Shown piece after piece: positions 45,864-57,124 of a stretch of DNA of 64,000 bases (within the stretch, counting starts at the first letter, position 1; each line of letters starts with the position of its first letter). The notes under the pieces are model-generated. The model saw nothing but the letters and a program-made list of their open reading frames with translations, did not search any database and had not been told where the DNA came from. The stretch is from the NCBI GenBank assembly GCA_965200315.1, contig OZ241362.1, positions 3,136,001 through 3,200,000 of the forward strand, read 5' to 3'. The position numbers and the translations under genes were made by a program. The stretch is from Candidatus Latescibacterota bacterium. Lineage in GTDB: Bacteria; Latescibacterota; UBA2968; UBA8231.

Positions 45864-46002
45864 GCCGCCGTCTTAAAATGCCCGTCGGGTTGGCTTGCCC
45901 GGAGTAGTCTTGGCCGCCGGGGTTTTTCGCGGGCGAGACGCCCTCGAACCAAGGCTCTTTGAGCCAGTTGAGGAGCCGAACTTGGAGTTTTCAGACGGCT
46001 TC
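45864..46002. mobile_element. MITE-like element, same family as 3819-3946
   Basis: Ends GCCGCCGTCTTAAAATGCC / GGAGTTTTCAGACGGCTTC (14/19 inverted match), TTA on both sides, shared 25-bp core at 45922-45946. Confidence 0.6.
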
Positions 46003-46163
46003 TTAGTAGGTTTATGTGCCGCGGCCTTGGTTGGGCTCGGTGCGCTTTGCGTCCGCCCTACCGATCCGCCGTTTAACATGCCCCCCGCCTCATCTCTACA
46101 CCGGATCCAACGCTGACGCGGATGCAGCAGGCGAGGAGTTTTGGAGGATAGTGGCGTAGTGAT

Positions 46164-48254
46164 TTAACGCGCCGCCGTCAGCACCATCTGCCCAACCTCG
46201 TCGACACGCACTTGGTACTGAGGATGGACGACAGTGGTTGAATCGATCTCCTCGACGATGGCCGGCCCCTGCACTACCACACCAGCCCCCAGCGCATAGC
46301 GGTCGTACACCGGGCATTGGACAAAGCCGTCGCTTTCGGCAAAATACACTAGGCGATGCTCCTTAGCGGTCGCTGGTCCGGCGGCCTTGGCGATGGGGGC
46401 CAGCGCGGGTTTGGCAATCTGGCCGATGGCCGCAAGCCGCACACTGACTAGCTCGACAGGCTCGCCCGGCGCACTAAAGCCATAGGCGCGATCGTGGGTG
46501 CGGTGGAACTGTTCGAGTAGCTGCTCTAGCTGCGCTGGGCCCAAGGCTTTGTTTGCCAATGGCAGCGTCAGCTCGTGGCTCTGCCCAACGTAGCGCATAT
46601 CCGCTTGCCGTCTGAAGGCCATCGCCGCTTCCGCCATCCCTTCGCGCCCCAGCGTTTCTCGCCCCTGCGCCTCTAACTCGCGGAAGGTCTGCTCCAAGGC
46701 TTGGGGAGCTACTTGGTCCAACCGCTGGATGAGGGTGGTCGCGTAATCGTGCTTTAGGTCCGTTACCAACAGGCCCAGTGCCGAGGCCGTGCCCGGACTT
46801 TGGGGAATGATCGCCACGGGAATCTCGGTCAGGGCGGCGAGGCGGTTGGCGTGGGCCGGCCCGGCGCCGCCAAAGGCTACCAGCGCGAAATCGCGCGGGT
46901 CGTAGCCGCGCTGTACGGAGACGAGCCGCAGTGCGTTGACCATGGCGGTGTTGGCGATCTCGACGATGCCATAGGCCGCCTCGACTAGGTTCATGCCCAG
47001 CGGCTGGGCGCAGTGTTGTTCGATGGCGCGTTGCGCGGCCGCCGGGTCGAGGGCGATTTCGCCGCCGAGAAAATAGCTCGGGTTGAGCCGGCCCAAGACG
47101 AGGTTGGCGTCGGTGACCGTGGGTTGCGTCCCACCTTGGCCGTAGCAGACCGGCCCGGGATCGGCCCCGGCGCTTTGGGGGCCGACCCGCAGGATACCGC
47201 CGGGATCTACCCAAGCGATGGACCCGCCACCCGCGCCGATTTCCACGAGGTCAATCACCGGGGTGCGAATCGGATACCCCGCACCGCGAGTCGCCCCAAC
47301 GCCCGTTTGCGCCGTCGTCCCGACCTCGTAGTCCTTGGTCACGCTGGGCGCACCGTCTTGAATCAGCCCGGCTTTGGCGGTCGTCCCGCCCATATCGAAG
47401 GAAATCACTTGGCCGTAGCCCCGTGCCTGCCCCAAATGCGCTGCCGCAATCACCCCGGCGGCCGGACCGGACTCAACCATGTACACCGGCTTTTGCCGCG
47501 CCGCCGCAAAGGTGTACACTCCACCGCTACTCTGCATTACGAGCAACTCAGCGGCGATGCCGGCCTGTGCCAACCGATCTTCGATCCGCTGCAAATAGCG
47601 CGCGACCACCGGGCGGATGCAGCTATTAATCGCGGTCGTGCTGGCCCGCAAGTACTCGCGGAACTCAGGTGCAACTTCCGCGGATAGCGAGACGACGGCC
47701 TCGGGGAAGACTTCGGCGAGAATCTCTCCGGCTCGCTGCTCGTGGACGGGATTGGCGTAGGCGTGCAAAAAGCAGACGGCGATGGATTCCACGCCCTCGT
47801 CGCGTAGCTTGCCCGCTACTTGGCGCAGGGCGTCTTCGTCGAGCGGGATCAGCACGGACCCGCTGGCATTGAGGCGTTCGGGCACGCCAAAACAGCGGTG
47901 CCTCGGCACGAGTGGCCGGGGTTTTTCAAACTGCAAGTCGTAGAGGGTCGGGCGAATCTGGCGGGCGATTTCCAGCATATCGCGGAAGCCGTCCGTGGTG
48001 ATAAAGCCGGTCGGCGCGACCTTGCCCTCGATGATGGCGTTGGTGGCGACTGTGGTGCCGTGGACGATGTAGGCCACGTCTTGGGCAGCAACCTGCTGCT
48101 TGGCGAGCAGCCGCTGCACGGCTTCCATAAACCCGCCGGATGGGTCTTGGGGAGTGGAAGAAACCTTGCCGGTATAGATTTGTCCGGTCTCTTCGTCAAT
48201 GAGCGCAATATCGGTAAAGGTGCCGCCGATATCGACGCCGAGTCTATAGGCCAT
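46164..48254 (-). CDS. Hydantoinase A / 5-oxoprolinase ATP-binding subunit
   Basis: GVDIGGTFTD, HGTTVATNA, ESGPAAG, DMGGTT, GAGGGSIA, FGGAG, RYVGQSHE. Start re-assigned to MAYRL. Confidence 0.93.
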   Translation of the reverse strand: MAYRLGVDIGGTFTDIALIDEETGQIYTGKVSSTPQDPSGGFMEAVQRLLAKQQVAAQDVAYIVHGTTVATNAIIEGKVAPTGFITTDGFRDMLEIARQIRPTLYDLQFEKPRPLVPRHRCFGVPERLNASGSVLIPLDEDALRQVAGKLRDEGVESIAVCFLHAYANPVHEQRAGEILAEVFPEAVVSLSAEVAPEFREYLRASTTAINSCIRPVVARYLQRIEDRLAQAGIAAELLVMQSSGGVYTFAAARQKPVYMVESGPAAGVIAAAHLGQARGYGQVISFDMGGTTAKAGLIQDGAPSVTKDYEVGTTAQTGVGATRGAGYPIRTPVIDLVEIGAGGGSIAWVDPGGILRVGPQSAGADPGPVCYGQGGTQPTVTDANLVLGRLNPSYFLGGEIALDPAAAQRAIEQHCAQPLGMNLVEAAYGIVEIANTAMVNALRLVSVQRGYDPRDFALVAFGGAGPAHANRLAALTEIPVAIIPQSPGTASALGLLVTDLKHDYATTLIQRLDQVAPQALEQTFRELEAQGRETLGREGMAEAAMAFRRQADMRYVGQSHELTLPLANKALGPAQLEQLLEQFHRTHDRAYGFSAPGEPVELVSVRLAAIGQIAKPALAPIAKAAGPATAKEHRLVYFAESDGFVQCPVYDRYALGAGVVVQGPAIVEEIDSTTVVHPQYQVRVDEVGQMVLTAAR

Positions 48255-49980
48255 CGCCAGCCACCTCCCGGCGCTGGGCCTCGGTCGCCGCTTGATCGAC
48301 TTGTCCGGTGGCACTGTCGATGACCACGCCATACGCGGCCCGCGCCCGCTCCGCGCTTACCTTGCCCTCGCGCACATCCTCGGCCACCGCTTGGGGATCG
48401 CGCTGATGGGGCGGTCCGTAGCCGCCGCCGCCGCAAGTGCGATAGCTGAAGATTGTATCGGCCGCGAGCGCAATCGTCGTTTTGGACCCCAGTTCGACGT
48501 GCTGGCCCTCGGGGTCGAGGATATAACGCGCTTTGCCTCCCGCTTGACCTCCAGCTAGCCCTTCCGGCCCCCAGCGATCCCGGTCCGACAAGACGGTAAA
48601 AGACACTTCGTGATCGATAAATCGGTAGTCGCGCCGCAGTCCCAAGCCACCGCGATGCTGTCCGGCTCCCTCTGAATCCTCTATCAGTTCATAGCGGTCA
48701 ATTCGCAGCGGATAGTTGATTTCGATCTCTTCAATCGGCGCGTTCTCAGTGTTTTGACCGTGGCACTGCACGGCGTCTGGCCCATCCTTGGTACTGCGCC
48801 CTCCATAGCCGCCGGCCATTGTCTCGTAGTAGGAATAAAGCTGCCCAGTGCGCGGGTCGGTGCCGCCGAAGCCGACTTGGCACATCGTCCCCTTGGTCGC
48901 GGCCGGGATCTTGTCGGGCAGCGCCGGATGCAGTGCCTTGAGAATGGTATCGGAGAGCCGCACTTGGGTCTCCCAGCCCCCGACCACGGGCGAAGGTGCC
49001 GTGCAATTGACGACCGTTCCCTCGGGGGCCACGAGCCGCACTTGCTCGTAAAACCCGGCGTTGACCGGCACGTCTTGGTCGATTAGACACTTGAGCACGT
49101 AGGCGCAGGCCGCAAAAGTTTGGGAGTACGTGGAATTGACCGGTGCCCGGCGCTGCGGATCGCACCCTGTCAGGTCGAAGAGCACTCCCTCGTCGTCGAT
49201 GGCGACGCGAGCTTGGAGCCGCACTGGTTCGTCGGTAAAGCCGTCGTTATCGACGACGCCTGTGGCCGTGAACTCCCCCTTGGGCAACTTGGCCAACTCG
49301 GCTAGCGTCCGCTCCTTGGTGTAGTCGATCAGCCGGTCCATGTAGAAAGACACCTGCGCCAATCCCACCTGATTGACGAGCCCGTTGAGCCGGCGAATCC
49401 CCGAATTATTGGCCGCCACTTGGGCGCGAAAGTCGCCGCGCGTCTCCCGCTTGGAGCGGATCTGGGCGATGACCAGTTCAAAGACATCGGCCGCAATCTC
49501 TCCGCCGCGCACCAGCTTTACCGGAGGGATGATGATGCCCTCCTGATATACCTGCTGGAAGGCCCCAATGCTGGCCGGCGCACCGCCGCCGACATCGACG
49601 TGATGGGCGAGATTGGCCACATAGCCGAAGAGTTCCTCGCCGCAATAGACGGGCGAAATCAGCGTGATGTCGTTGAGATGGACTCCGCCGCGATAGGGGT
49701 CGTTGACGAGGATCGCGTCGCCGGGTTGTAAGTTCTCAGATCCGTATTCGGCGACCGCACGAGGCGTGAGGATTGTCAGCGAGCCGAGGTGTACTGGCTG
49801 GGTAAAGGCTTGGGCGACGGGTCGCAACTGGCGGTCGAAAAAGGCGCAGGAGAAATCGGCGCGGGTTTTGATGTTGGTCGAATACGCGCTGCGCCGCAGG
49901 GCAATGGCCATCTCCTCGGTGGCTTCGAGCAGGGCGTTGCGAATGACCTCGAATTGGATGGGGTCGGTCTGGTCGGGCAT
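48244..49980 (-). CDS. Hydantoinase B / 5-oxoprolinase subunit
   Basis: DFSCA, NDPYRGGVHLND, HHVDVGG, DSEGAGQHRGGLG, GGGGYG. Confidence 0.93.
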   Translation of the reverse strand: MPDQTDPIQFEVIRNALLEATEEMAIALRRSAYSTNIKTRADFSCAFFDRQLRPVAQAFTQPVHLGSLTILTPRAVAEYGSENLQPGDAILVNDPYRGGVHLNDITLISPVYCGEELFGYVANLAHHVDVGGGAPASIGAFQQVYQEGIIIPPVKLVRGGEIAADVFELVIAQIRSKRETRGDFRAQVAANNSGIRRLNGLVNQVGLAQVSFYMDRLIDYTKERTLAELAKLPKGEFTATGVVDNDGFTDEPVRLQARVAIDDEGVLFDLTGCDPQRRAPVNSTYSQTFAACAYVLKCLIDQDVPVNAGFYEQVRLVAPEGTVVNCTAPSPVVGGWETQVRLSDTILKALHPALPDKIPAATKGTMCQVGFGGTDPRTGQLYSYYETMAGGYGGRSTKDGPDAVQCHGQNTENAPIEEIEINYPLRIDRYELIEDSEGAGQHRGGLGLRRDYRFIDHEVSFTVLSDRDRWGPEGLAGGQAGGKARYILDPEGQHVELGSKTTIALAADTIFSYRTCGGGGYGPPHQRDPQAVAEDVREGKVSAERARAAYGVVIDSATGQVDQAATEAQRREVAGDGL

Positions 49981-50190
49981 GGTTTCTCACAGAGTATGAT
50001 CAGGTATGTGTTGACATCTCAGTAGTACAATAAGTACATACGCCGCTAGGGACAAGACAGGGGTGACATCTATGGTTTTCTTGTAGGTTGACCGATCAAG
50101 AGTTGGTGTCGATCTTCTGATTTTCTCCATTTTTCGATACGTAGAGCCATCTAGCAAGTACGCAACTATCCATGATGAGGAATTCTAAAA

Positions 50191-50974
50191 ATGAATAGAT
50201 GGACTGAGTTGAGCATCGACTATGCAAATCAGAGGTCTTACTTGGATGATTTATTCCAAGTATATCCGACGATTCCGGAAGGAATAAGAGATATAGACAA
50301 AGAATCTTGGGCTAAAATTGAGCAGGCATTTTATTATGAAGATAACTACTCTCTAGTTCACGAACTATTAAAACTAGATTTATTTCCAATAAAAGATAGC
50401 TATATTGCTTATCTAAGAAAAGATAGACGAGCAATAGGGAGAAATCCTAGAACTATAAATAGAATCTGTGGTAGATTATATGAGATGGGCATTGATAGGA
50501 TATTTGAGAAATGTACCGAACCGAAGGAAACCAACAGACAAATCGGTCCTATGTTTCGTTATTGGTTGAAAAGAAAATCACTAGGTATTCGTTCCTGTTA
50601 ATTGGGAATTATTTGTTGCGGATAATAAAGATGCAATTTTGGATGGAAGTGATAAAGAAAACATGAATTTTGCAAGGCAATATTTGGGATATAACCATGA
50701 AAAAGGATTGGATTTTGTCGCAAGATTTAACAATAAATACGTTATAGGTGAAGCGAAGTTTCTTACGGATTTTGGAGGACATCAAAATGCCCAATTTAAT
50801 GATGCAATTAGTACGTTGACAACAGAAGGTGCAGAGGCTATTATAATTGCGATACTGGATGGCGTTCTGTACATAAAAAGCAATAATAAGATGTATAAAT
50901 CATTAAATGAAAAATACAAAGGTTATAACATTATGAGTGCATTGGTGTTACGAGAATTCTTATACCAAATATAA
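50191..50974 (+). pseudogene. Tsp45I-like type II restriction endonuclease split by a +1 frameshift near 50590
   Basis: 784 nt (3n+1). Removing C50590 joins ...KSLGI to VPVNWELFVADNKDAILDGSD...KGLDFVARFNNKYVIGEAKFLTDFGGHQNAQ (PD-(D/E)xK core). Low GC, adjacent to a methylase. Confidence 0.8.
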
Positions 50975-50991
50975 GAGAGGGATACATACTG

Positions 50992-52041
50992 ATGAATCTA
51001 CTAATTGAAGGCGACAATATCAAGGGCTTGAACTATCTCTTGGACACGAGAAGTCTCCAAGGAAAAATAGACTTAGTGTACATTGACCCTCCCTTCGCTA
51101 CTGGCAGCGATTTTACTATTACCAAAGGGCGTGTTTCGACAGTGAGCCATTCGCGCAGTGGTTCTGTCGCTTATTCTGATCGACTGGTTGGGGCTGAGTT
51201 TGTCGATTTTTTGCGGAAAAGATTGGTTTTATTAAGAGAGCTTTTATCGACGAGAGGGTCTATTTATCTACATATTGACTACAAAATAGGACACTACGTC
51301 AAAGTTATGATGGACGAAGTATTTGGCATGAAAAATTTCCGTAACGACATCACGAGAATAAAATGCAATCCTAAGAACTTTAACAGAATTGGCTACGGAA
51401 ACATAAAAGACTTGATCCTTTTTTACAGCAAAACATCGTTTCCTATATGGAATGAACCAAGAGAAAAGTACTCGGCAAAAGACATCGAAAGACTATTTCC
51501 AAAAATGAACCAACAGGGAAGACGCTATACTACTGTACCTATTCATGCCCCAGGGGAAACAGAGCAGGGCAACTCCAATCGACCGTTTAGAGGCATGATG
51601 CCTCCGAAGGGCCGTCATTGGCGAACCGATGTAGAGACACTGGAGCAATGGGATAGAGACGGTCTGATAGAATGGTCGGCAACGGGCAATCCGCGAAAAG
51701 TAGTATTTGCAGATGAAAGAGAAGGTAAGAGGGTACAAGACATTTGGGAGTACAAGGACCCCCAATACCCTGTGTATCCAACGGAAAAAAATAATAGATT
51801 ACTAGATCTGATTATTCGCATCTCTTCTAATCCAGAGAGCATTGTGCTGGACTGTTTCTGCGGATCGGGAACGACGCTAAAATCTGCCCAGCAACTCAAC
51901 AGAAACTGGATCGGCATTGATCAATCAGAACACGCTATCAGAGCAACGATCAGAAAACTTGAAAACGCCGAAGGGGATTTTTTTGTTAGCGATCCAGAGT
52001 ACGAGTTTTTACAACTTGCCTCCGTAAATAGCGACAAGTAA
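50992..52041 (+). CDS. Site-specific amino-DNA methyltransferase (beta class, M.Tsp45I-like)
   Basis: Catalytic YIDPPF precedes SAM-binding VLDCFCGSGTT; YPTEK; low GC. Confidence 0.92.
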   Translation: MNLLIEGDNIKGLNYLLDTRSLQGKIDLVYIDPPFATGSDFTITKGRVSTVSHSRSGSVAYSDRLVGAEFVDFLRKRLVLLRELLSTRGSIYLHIDYKIGHYVKVMMDEVFGMKNFRNDITRIKCNPKNFNRIGYGNIKDLILFYSKTSFPIWNEPREKYSAKDIERLFPKMNQQGRRYTTVPIHAPGETEQGNSNRPFRGMMPPKGRHWRTDVETLEQWDRDGLIEWSATGNPRKVVFADEREGKRVQDIWEYKDPQYPVYPTEKNNRLLDLIIRISSNPESIVLDCFCGSGTTLKSAQQLNRNWIGIDQSEHAIRATIRKLENAEGDFFVSDPEYEFLQLASVNSDK

Positions 52042-52116
52042 TAGCTGAATGGTCAGTTCTTCTCGTTCTAATATCGCTATTGACTGTATATTACGACGCG
52101 TACTCTGAGCGTCTGC

Positions 52117-53040
52117 CTAGACTGCGATTCTCGCCAGATAAATACTGGTTTTTCCTTCGTGCGACGAATAATAACTCATCCACAGCAAGCCCTCGTGCTC
52201 GACTAGGCCGGGGTAACTACAGTCGCCGCCGCTGGGTAGCCACAGCACCGGCTCGTAACTGGTTGGCGTCATCCGCGCCAAGACCGTGGCCGCGCCGCCA
52301 TCGGGGTGCCGCCCGCGGGCACTGGCCCACAGGGCACCATCCGACCAGCGGATAAAATTAGGTCCTCCCATTGAGTAGCCGATCTGGGTCCACTGCCAGT
52401 CCGTGTACGGAGCTTGGCTGGTTCCGATCCAGTCGGGCCTCACTAGGGCAACCATGGTGCCGTCAGGCATAAAGCGCAGCGTGGTTTCGCTGGCCGTCCA
52501 AGTGTCGTTGGGCAGGAAGAACTCGGTGATCCACTGCCAGGCGAGGCCGTCGGTGCTGGAGTAGAGGAACCCCCGGCGCGGATGGGAGCCTTCGCCCAGC
52601 TTTGATACGCTGTAGGCGACCCCCTCGTGCCAAGTGACGCGCCACAGCCAGTGATCTTCCGCCAGCACTTTCTGCGGCGTAGTCCAGGTATAGCCATCGT
52701 CGGAGAAGGCAATGCGCGGTGCGCGGGTGCCGTACTCGGTGCCTGCGTACAGGCTGCCGCCGGCTACCAGCATCAGGCGTCCGTCGCTGGCGATCGACAG
52801 CTTGGGATCGCGCAGGTCTACTTCCTGTTCTGCTAGGACTGCTGCCGACTCATAGGCGTGGCCATCGTCTGAGCAAATGACGCGCACGGTGCCGATACTC
52901 GGCCCGTGGTCTTGGGCCTCGCGGAAGGTACACCACCACCGATCGGCGAAGCGCACCAGATCGGTAAAGGCGTTGTGGGGACCGCGGTCCCAGATCTTCT
53001 CAACCGAGAGGATTTGCGGCGTTGTAGAGTGCGTATTCAT
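52117..53040 (-). CDS. BNR/Asp-box sialidase-like propeller protein
   Basis: HNAFTDL, DLRDPKL, SDDGYTW, WLWRVTW, SGGDCSYPG, YYSSHEGKT. Confidence 0.82.
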   Translation of the reverse strand: MNTHSTTPQILSVEKIWDRGPHNAFTDLVRFADRWWCTFREAQDHGPSIGTVRVICSDDGHAYESAAVLAEQEVDLRDPKLSIASDGRLMLVAGGSLYAGTEYGTRAPRIAFSDDGYTWTTPQKVLAEDHWLWRVTWHEGVAYSVSKLGEGSHPRRGFLYSSTDGLAWQWITEFFLPNDTWTASETTLRFMPDGTMVALVRPDWIGTSQAPYTDWQWTQIGYSMGGPNFIRWSDGALWASARGRHPDGGAATVLARMTPTSYEPVLWLPSGGDCSYPGLVEHEGLLWMSYYSSHEGKTSIYLARIAV

Positions 53041-53118
53041 CGTTCATCTCCTCGTTAGATTTGTCGCGAAAGCTGTTGCACGCCCCCTGATAAGTCAAGT
53101 TTGATCCTCTATCCACGT

Positions 53119-53163
53119 TCTATATATGTTCCTTAAACATAATGTTTGAGAAGCATATATAGA
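53119..53163. promoter_or_regulatory. 45-bp imperfect palindrome, putative operator
   Basis: TCTATATATGTTCCTTAAACAT-A-ATGTTTGAGAAGCATATATAGA, 19/22 arm match, ending 11 bp before the ATPase start. Confidence 0.6.
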
Positions 53164-53174
53164 GAAGCTGTGCC

Positions 53175-54156
53175 ATGCGCCTCGAATTTTTGGACAGAAC
53201 GCGGGAAGTTGATCGACTGACCAAGGCTCTCGCTGCCCAAAATCCCAGTTTTATCGTGGTCTTTGGTCGGCGTCGATGCGGTAAGTCAACTCTTTTGCAG
53301 CAGGTGATTCGCCCGGGCGATATCTACTGAAGCCATTGAACAGTACGCGGTTTGGGGTGGCGTACCGCGCTACTGGGAACTGGCCCGGGATTACACCGGC
53401 CTGCAAGCTGCCATCGAGGAACTGGTGCTCGATAAATACGGCGTCCTCCACAGCGAACCCGAGCGCTTGTTGCTCGACGATATGCGCAGCACCGTGCAGG
53501 CTAATTCCCTGCTGTCGCTTATCGCCAATGGCTGCCATCGACTCTCCGAAATCGGTGCGCGGCTGGGCAAACCCGCAGGTCATTTGACCCGCCCCCTTGC
53601 CCAGTTGATCGAACTGGGCTATATCCGGCGGGAAGTGCCCTTTGGCGAGACCACCAAATCGACTAGGCGCTCTCTATACAAACTGAACGATCCGTTTCTG
53701 ATCTTCTGGTATCGCTATGTCCAGCCCAACCGGTCGCTGTTGGAACGCGATTTAATCGACGATGTAACCCGCGCTATTAGGACCACTTTTGCACAACATG
53801 TCGCCGATATATGGGAAGATCTAGCCCGCCTCTCCACTGCCGCCTTGCCCATTGGCAATATCCGGTGGAAACCAGCCCAGCGTTGGTGGGGGCGCGGCTT
53901 GGATGGGCAGCCAATGGAGATTGACTTGGTTGCTGAGTCCCTCGATGGTGAGGCCCTGTTGCTAGCTGAGGTCAAATGGCAGGAGCGGCCGAATCAGGGT
54001 GCTGTTTTCGACCGTTTGCGCTACTGCGCGGCAAACTTTCCCCAAGCCCGAGGAAGGGAGACGATCCTAGGGGCTTGGCTCAAGCAGGGGGTCGCTAAAA
54101 CCCAACCAAGAGAATTCGTCGTCCATCCAGCAGGAACGCTGGCGGTTCTGCGCTGA
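53175..54156 (+). pseudogene. Archaeal-type ATPase / DUF234 nuclease gene with internal deletion
   Basis: MRLEFLDR...FGRRRCGKSTLL (Walker A) stops at TGA 53328. Another frame resumes at EAIEQYAVWGGVPRYW and runs to EIDLVA...AEVKW. The Walker B region is missing. Confidence 0.82.
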
Positions 54157-54234
54157 GCCAGCAGACGACCAGCTATCTTTCGAGTCGCGGCATTTTCGCC
54201 GGAAGTCCATATTACGACAAAAAAGGATCAAACT

Positions 54235-55713
<1,479 letters not shown>

Positions 55714-55720
55714 GGTAGCA

Positions 55721-57115
55721 ATGAAAAACAAAATCGAAGAAACAATCGTCGCCGAGGTCGAGGCGCGGTCCGAGGCTTGGGAAAATCTGCTCGTGCTGGC
55801 CGACGACATTGGCATGCGCGTAGCCGGCAGCAAGGGAGAGGTCCAAGCCCGGGACTTCCTGTTGCAGACCTTTCAGCACTATGGACTCGACCGCGTCCAC
55901 TTAGAGTCTTTCGAGTACCTTGCTTGGCGGCCGCAGTGCGAGGAGTTGACCGTGGTGGCACCGGAGGCTGGACGCTCAATCCCCTGCCGGTGCGGAGGGC
56001 TGTCGCCTTCGACCCCGGAGCAAGGAGTAGAAGGCGAGGTCGTGTTCCTCGAGCGCTGCGACGCCGAGGAGCTAGAGCAGCGTGCCGACGAGGTGCGCGG
56101 CCGCATCGCAGTGGCTCCCTACTACCCCTTTGCCCGCCAGTTGAAGACGCCCTTGGCCGCGCGCTTCGGTGCCGTGGCACTGCTTGAGCACCGCAACTAC
56201 GCCGGTGCCCTACAGCCGGCCCGCACCTGCTGCTTCCAGCGGGTCGGCGATTTGCCGGTGGCCTCGATCAGTCTCGAAGACGCCGAGTACCTCAAGCGTC
56301 TGCAACAGCGGCGTGGACCAGTGCGGCTACAGTTGGTCCTCGACAGCCGCATCGAGCCCAAGGAGTCGTGGAACGTGGTCGGCGAGTTGACCGGGGTTGA
56401 GCATCCGCAGCAAACCTTGGTTTGTGGTGCTCACTACGACACTTGGCACGTGGGGCCCGGTGCTATTGACAACGCCGCGGGCGTGGTCGCCGTGGTCGAG
56501 GCGGCGCGCTCGCTCGCCGTGCATCGCGAGCATCTGCGGCGCACGGTGCGGTTCGTGGCCTTTGGAGTCGAGGAGTCGGGGCTGGTCGGGTCTTGGGCGT
56601 ACACACAGCAGCACGCCGGCGAACTCGACGACACTTGGCTGATGATCAACAACGATGTCGGCGGCCGGCCCTCGGGGCTGGGAATCGCCGGGGCCGAGGA
56701 TCTGCTGCCGGTTTTGGCGGCGGTGGCGAGGCGCGTCCGCGTGGATGGGCTCGAAAAACCCTTCGGCGCGTCCTGCGGCACGACGAGTTGGGGTTCGGAT
56801 CACTTCCCGTTCTTTGCCCACGGCGTGCCCACCGTGGGGCTGGGCACAGAATCGGTATGGCCCGAGGATCGCTTCTATGGCCACAGCCGAGCCGACACCG
56901 CGGACAAGGTCTATCCCCAGGGCCTGAGCGAGTGCGCGGCGATCAATGCGCGGGTGCTGTTCGAGGTGGCCAACTTAGACGAACGTCCGGCGCAGCGGCG
57001 CACACGGGAAGAGTTGGAAGCGTCCTTTGCCGGCACGTCGCTGGCGGAAGCTGTTGAGTTGCTCGACTTGTGGCCGCCGGAACGGGTGCTGGCGAGGTAT
57101 TTCGAGAGGGGATGA
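55721..57115 (+). CDS. M28 family metallopeptidase with PA domain
   Basis: GAHYDTW, GAIDNAAG, EESGLVGS, NNDV, SDHFPF, GHSRADT. Confidence 0.9.
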   Translation: MKNKIEETIVAEVEARSEAWENLLVLADDIGMRVAGSKGEVQARDFLLQTFQHYGLDRVHLESFEYLAWRPQCEELTVVAPEAGRSIPCRCGGLSPSTPEQGVEGEVVFLERCDAEELEQRADEVRGRIAVAPYYPFARQLKTPLAARFGAVALLEHRNYAGALQPARTCCFQRVGDLPVASISLEDAEYLKRLQQRRGPVRLQLVLDSRIEPKESWNVVGELTGVEHPQQTLVCGAHYDTWHVGPGAIDNAAGVVAVVEAARSLAVHREHLRRTVRFVAFGVEESGLVGSWAYTQQHAGELDDTWLMINNDVGGRPSGLGIAGAEDLLPVLAAVARRVRVDGLEKPFGASCGTTSWGSDHFPFFAHGVPTVGLGTESVWPEDRFYGHSRADTADKVYPQGLSECAAINARVLFEVANLDERPAQRRTREELEASFAGTSLAEAVELLDLWPPERVLARYFERG

Positions 57116-57124
57116 AGCGGCTGC

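Noticed and set aside
53328-53330. TGA read-through or selenocysteine in the ATPase
   Set aside because: Downstream similarity is in another frame and the Walker B region is missing; a deletion explains it.
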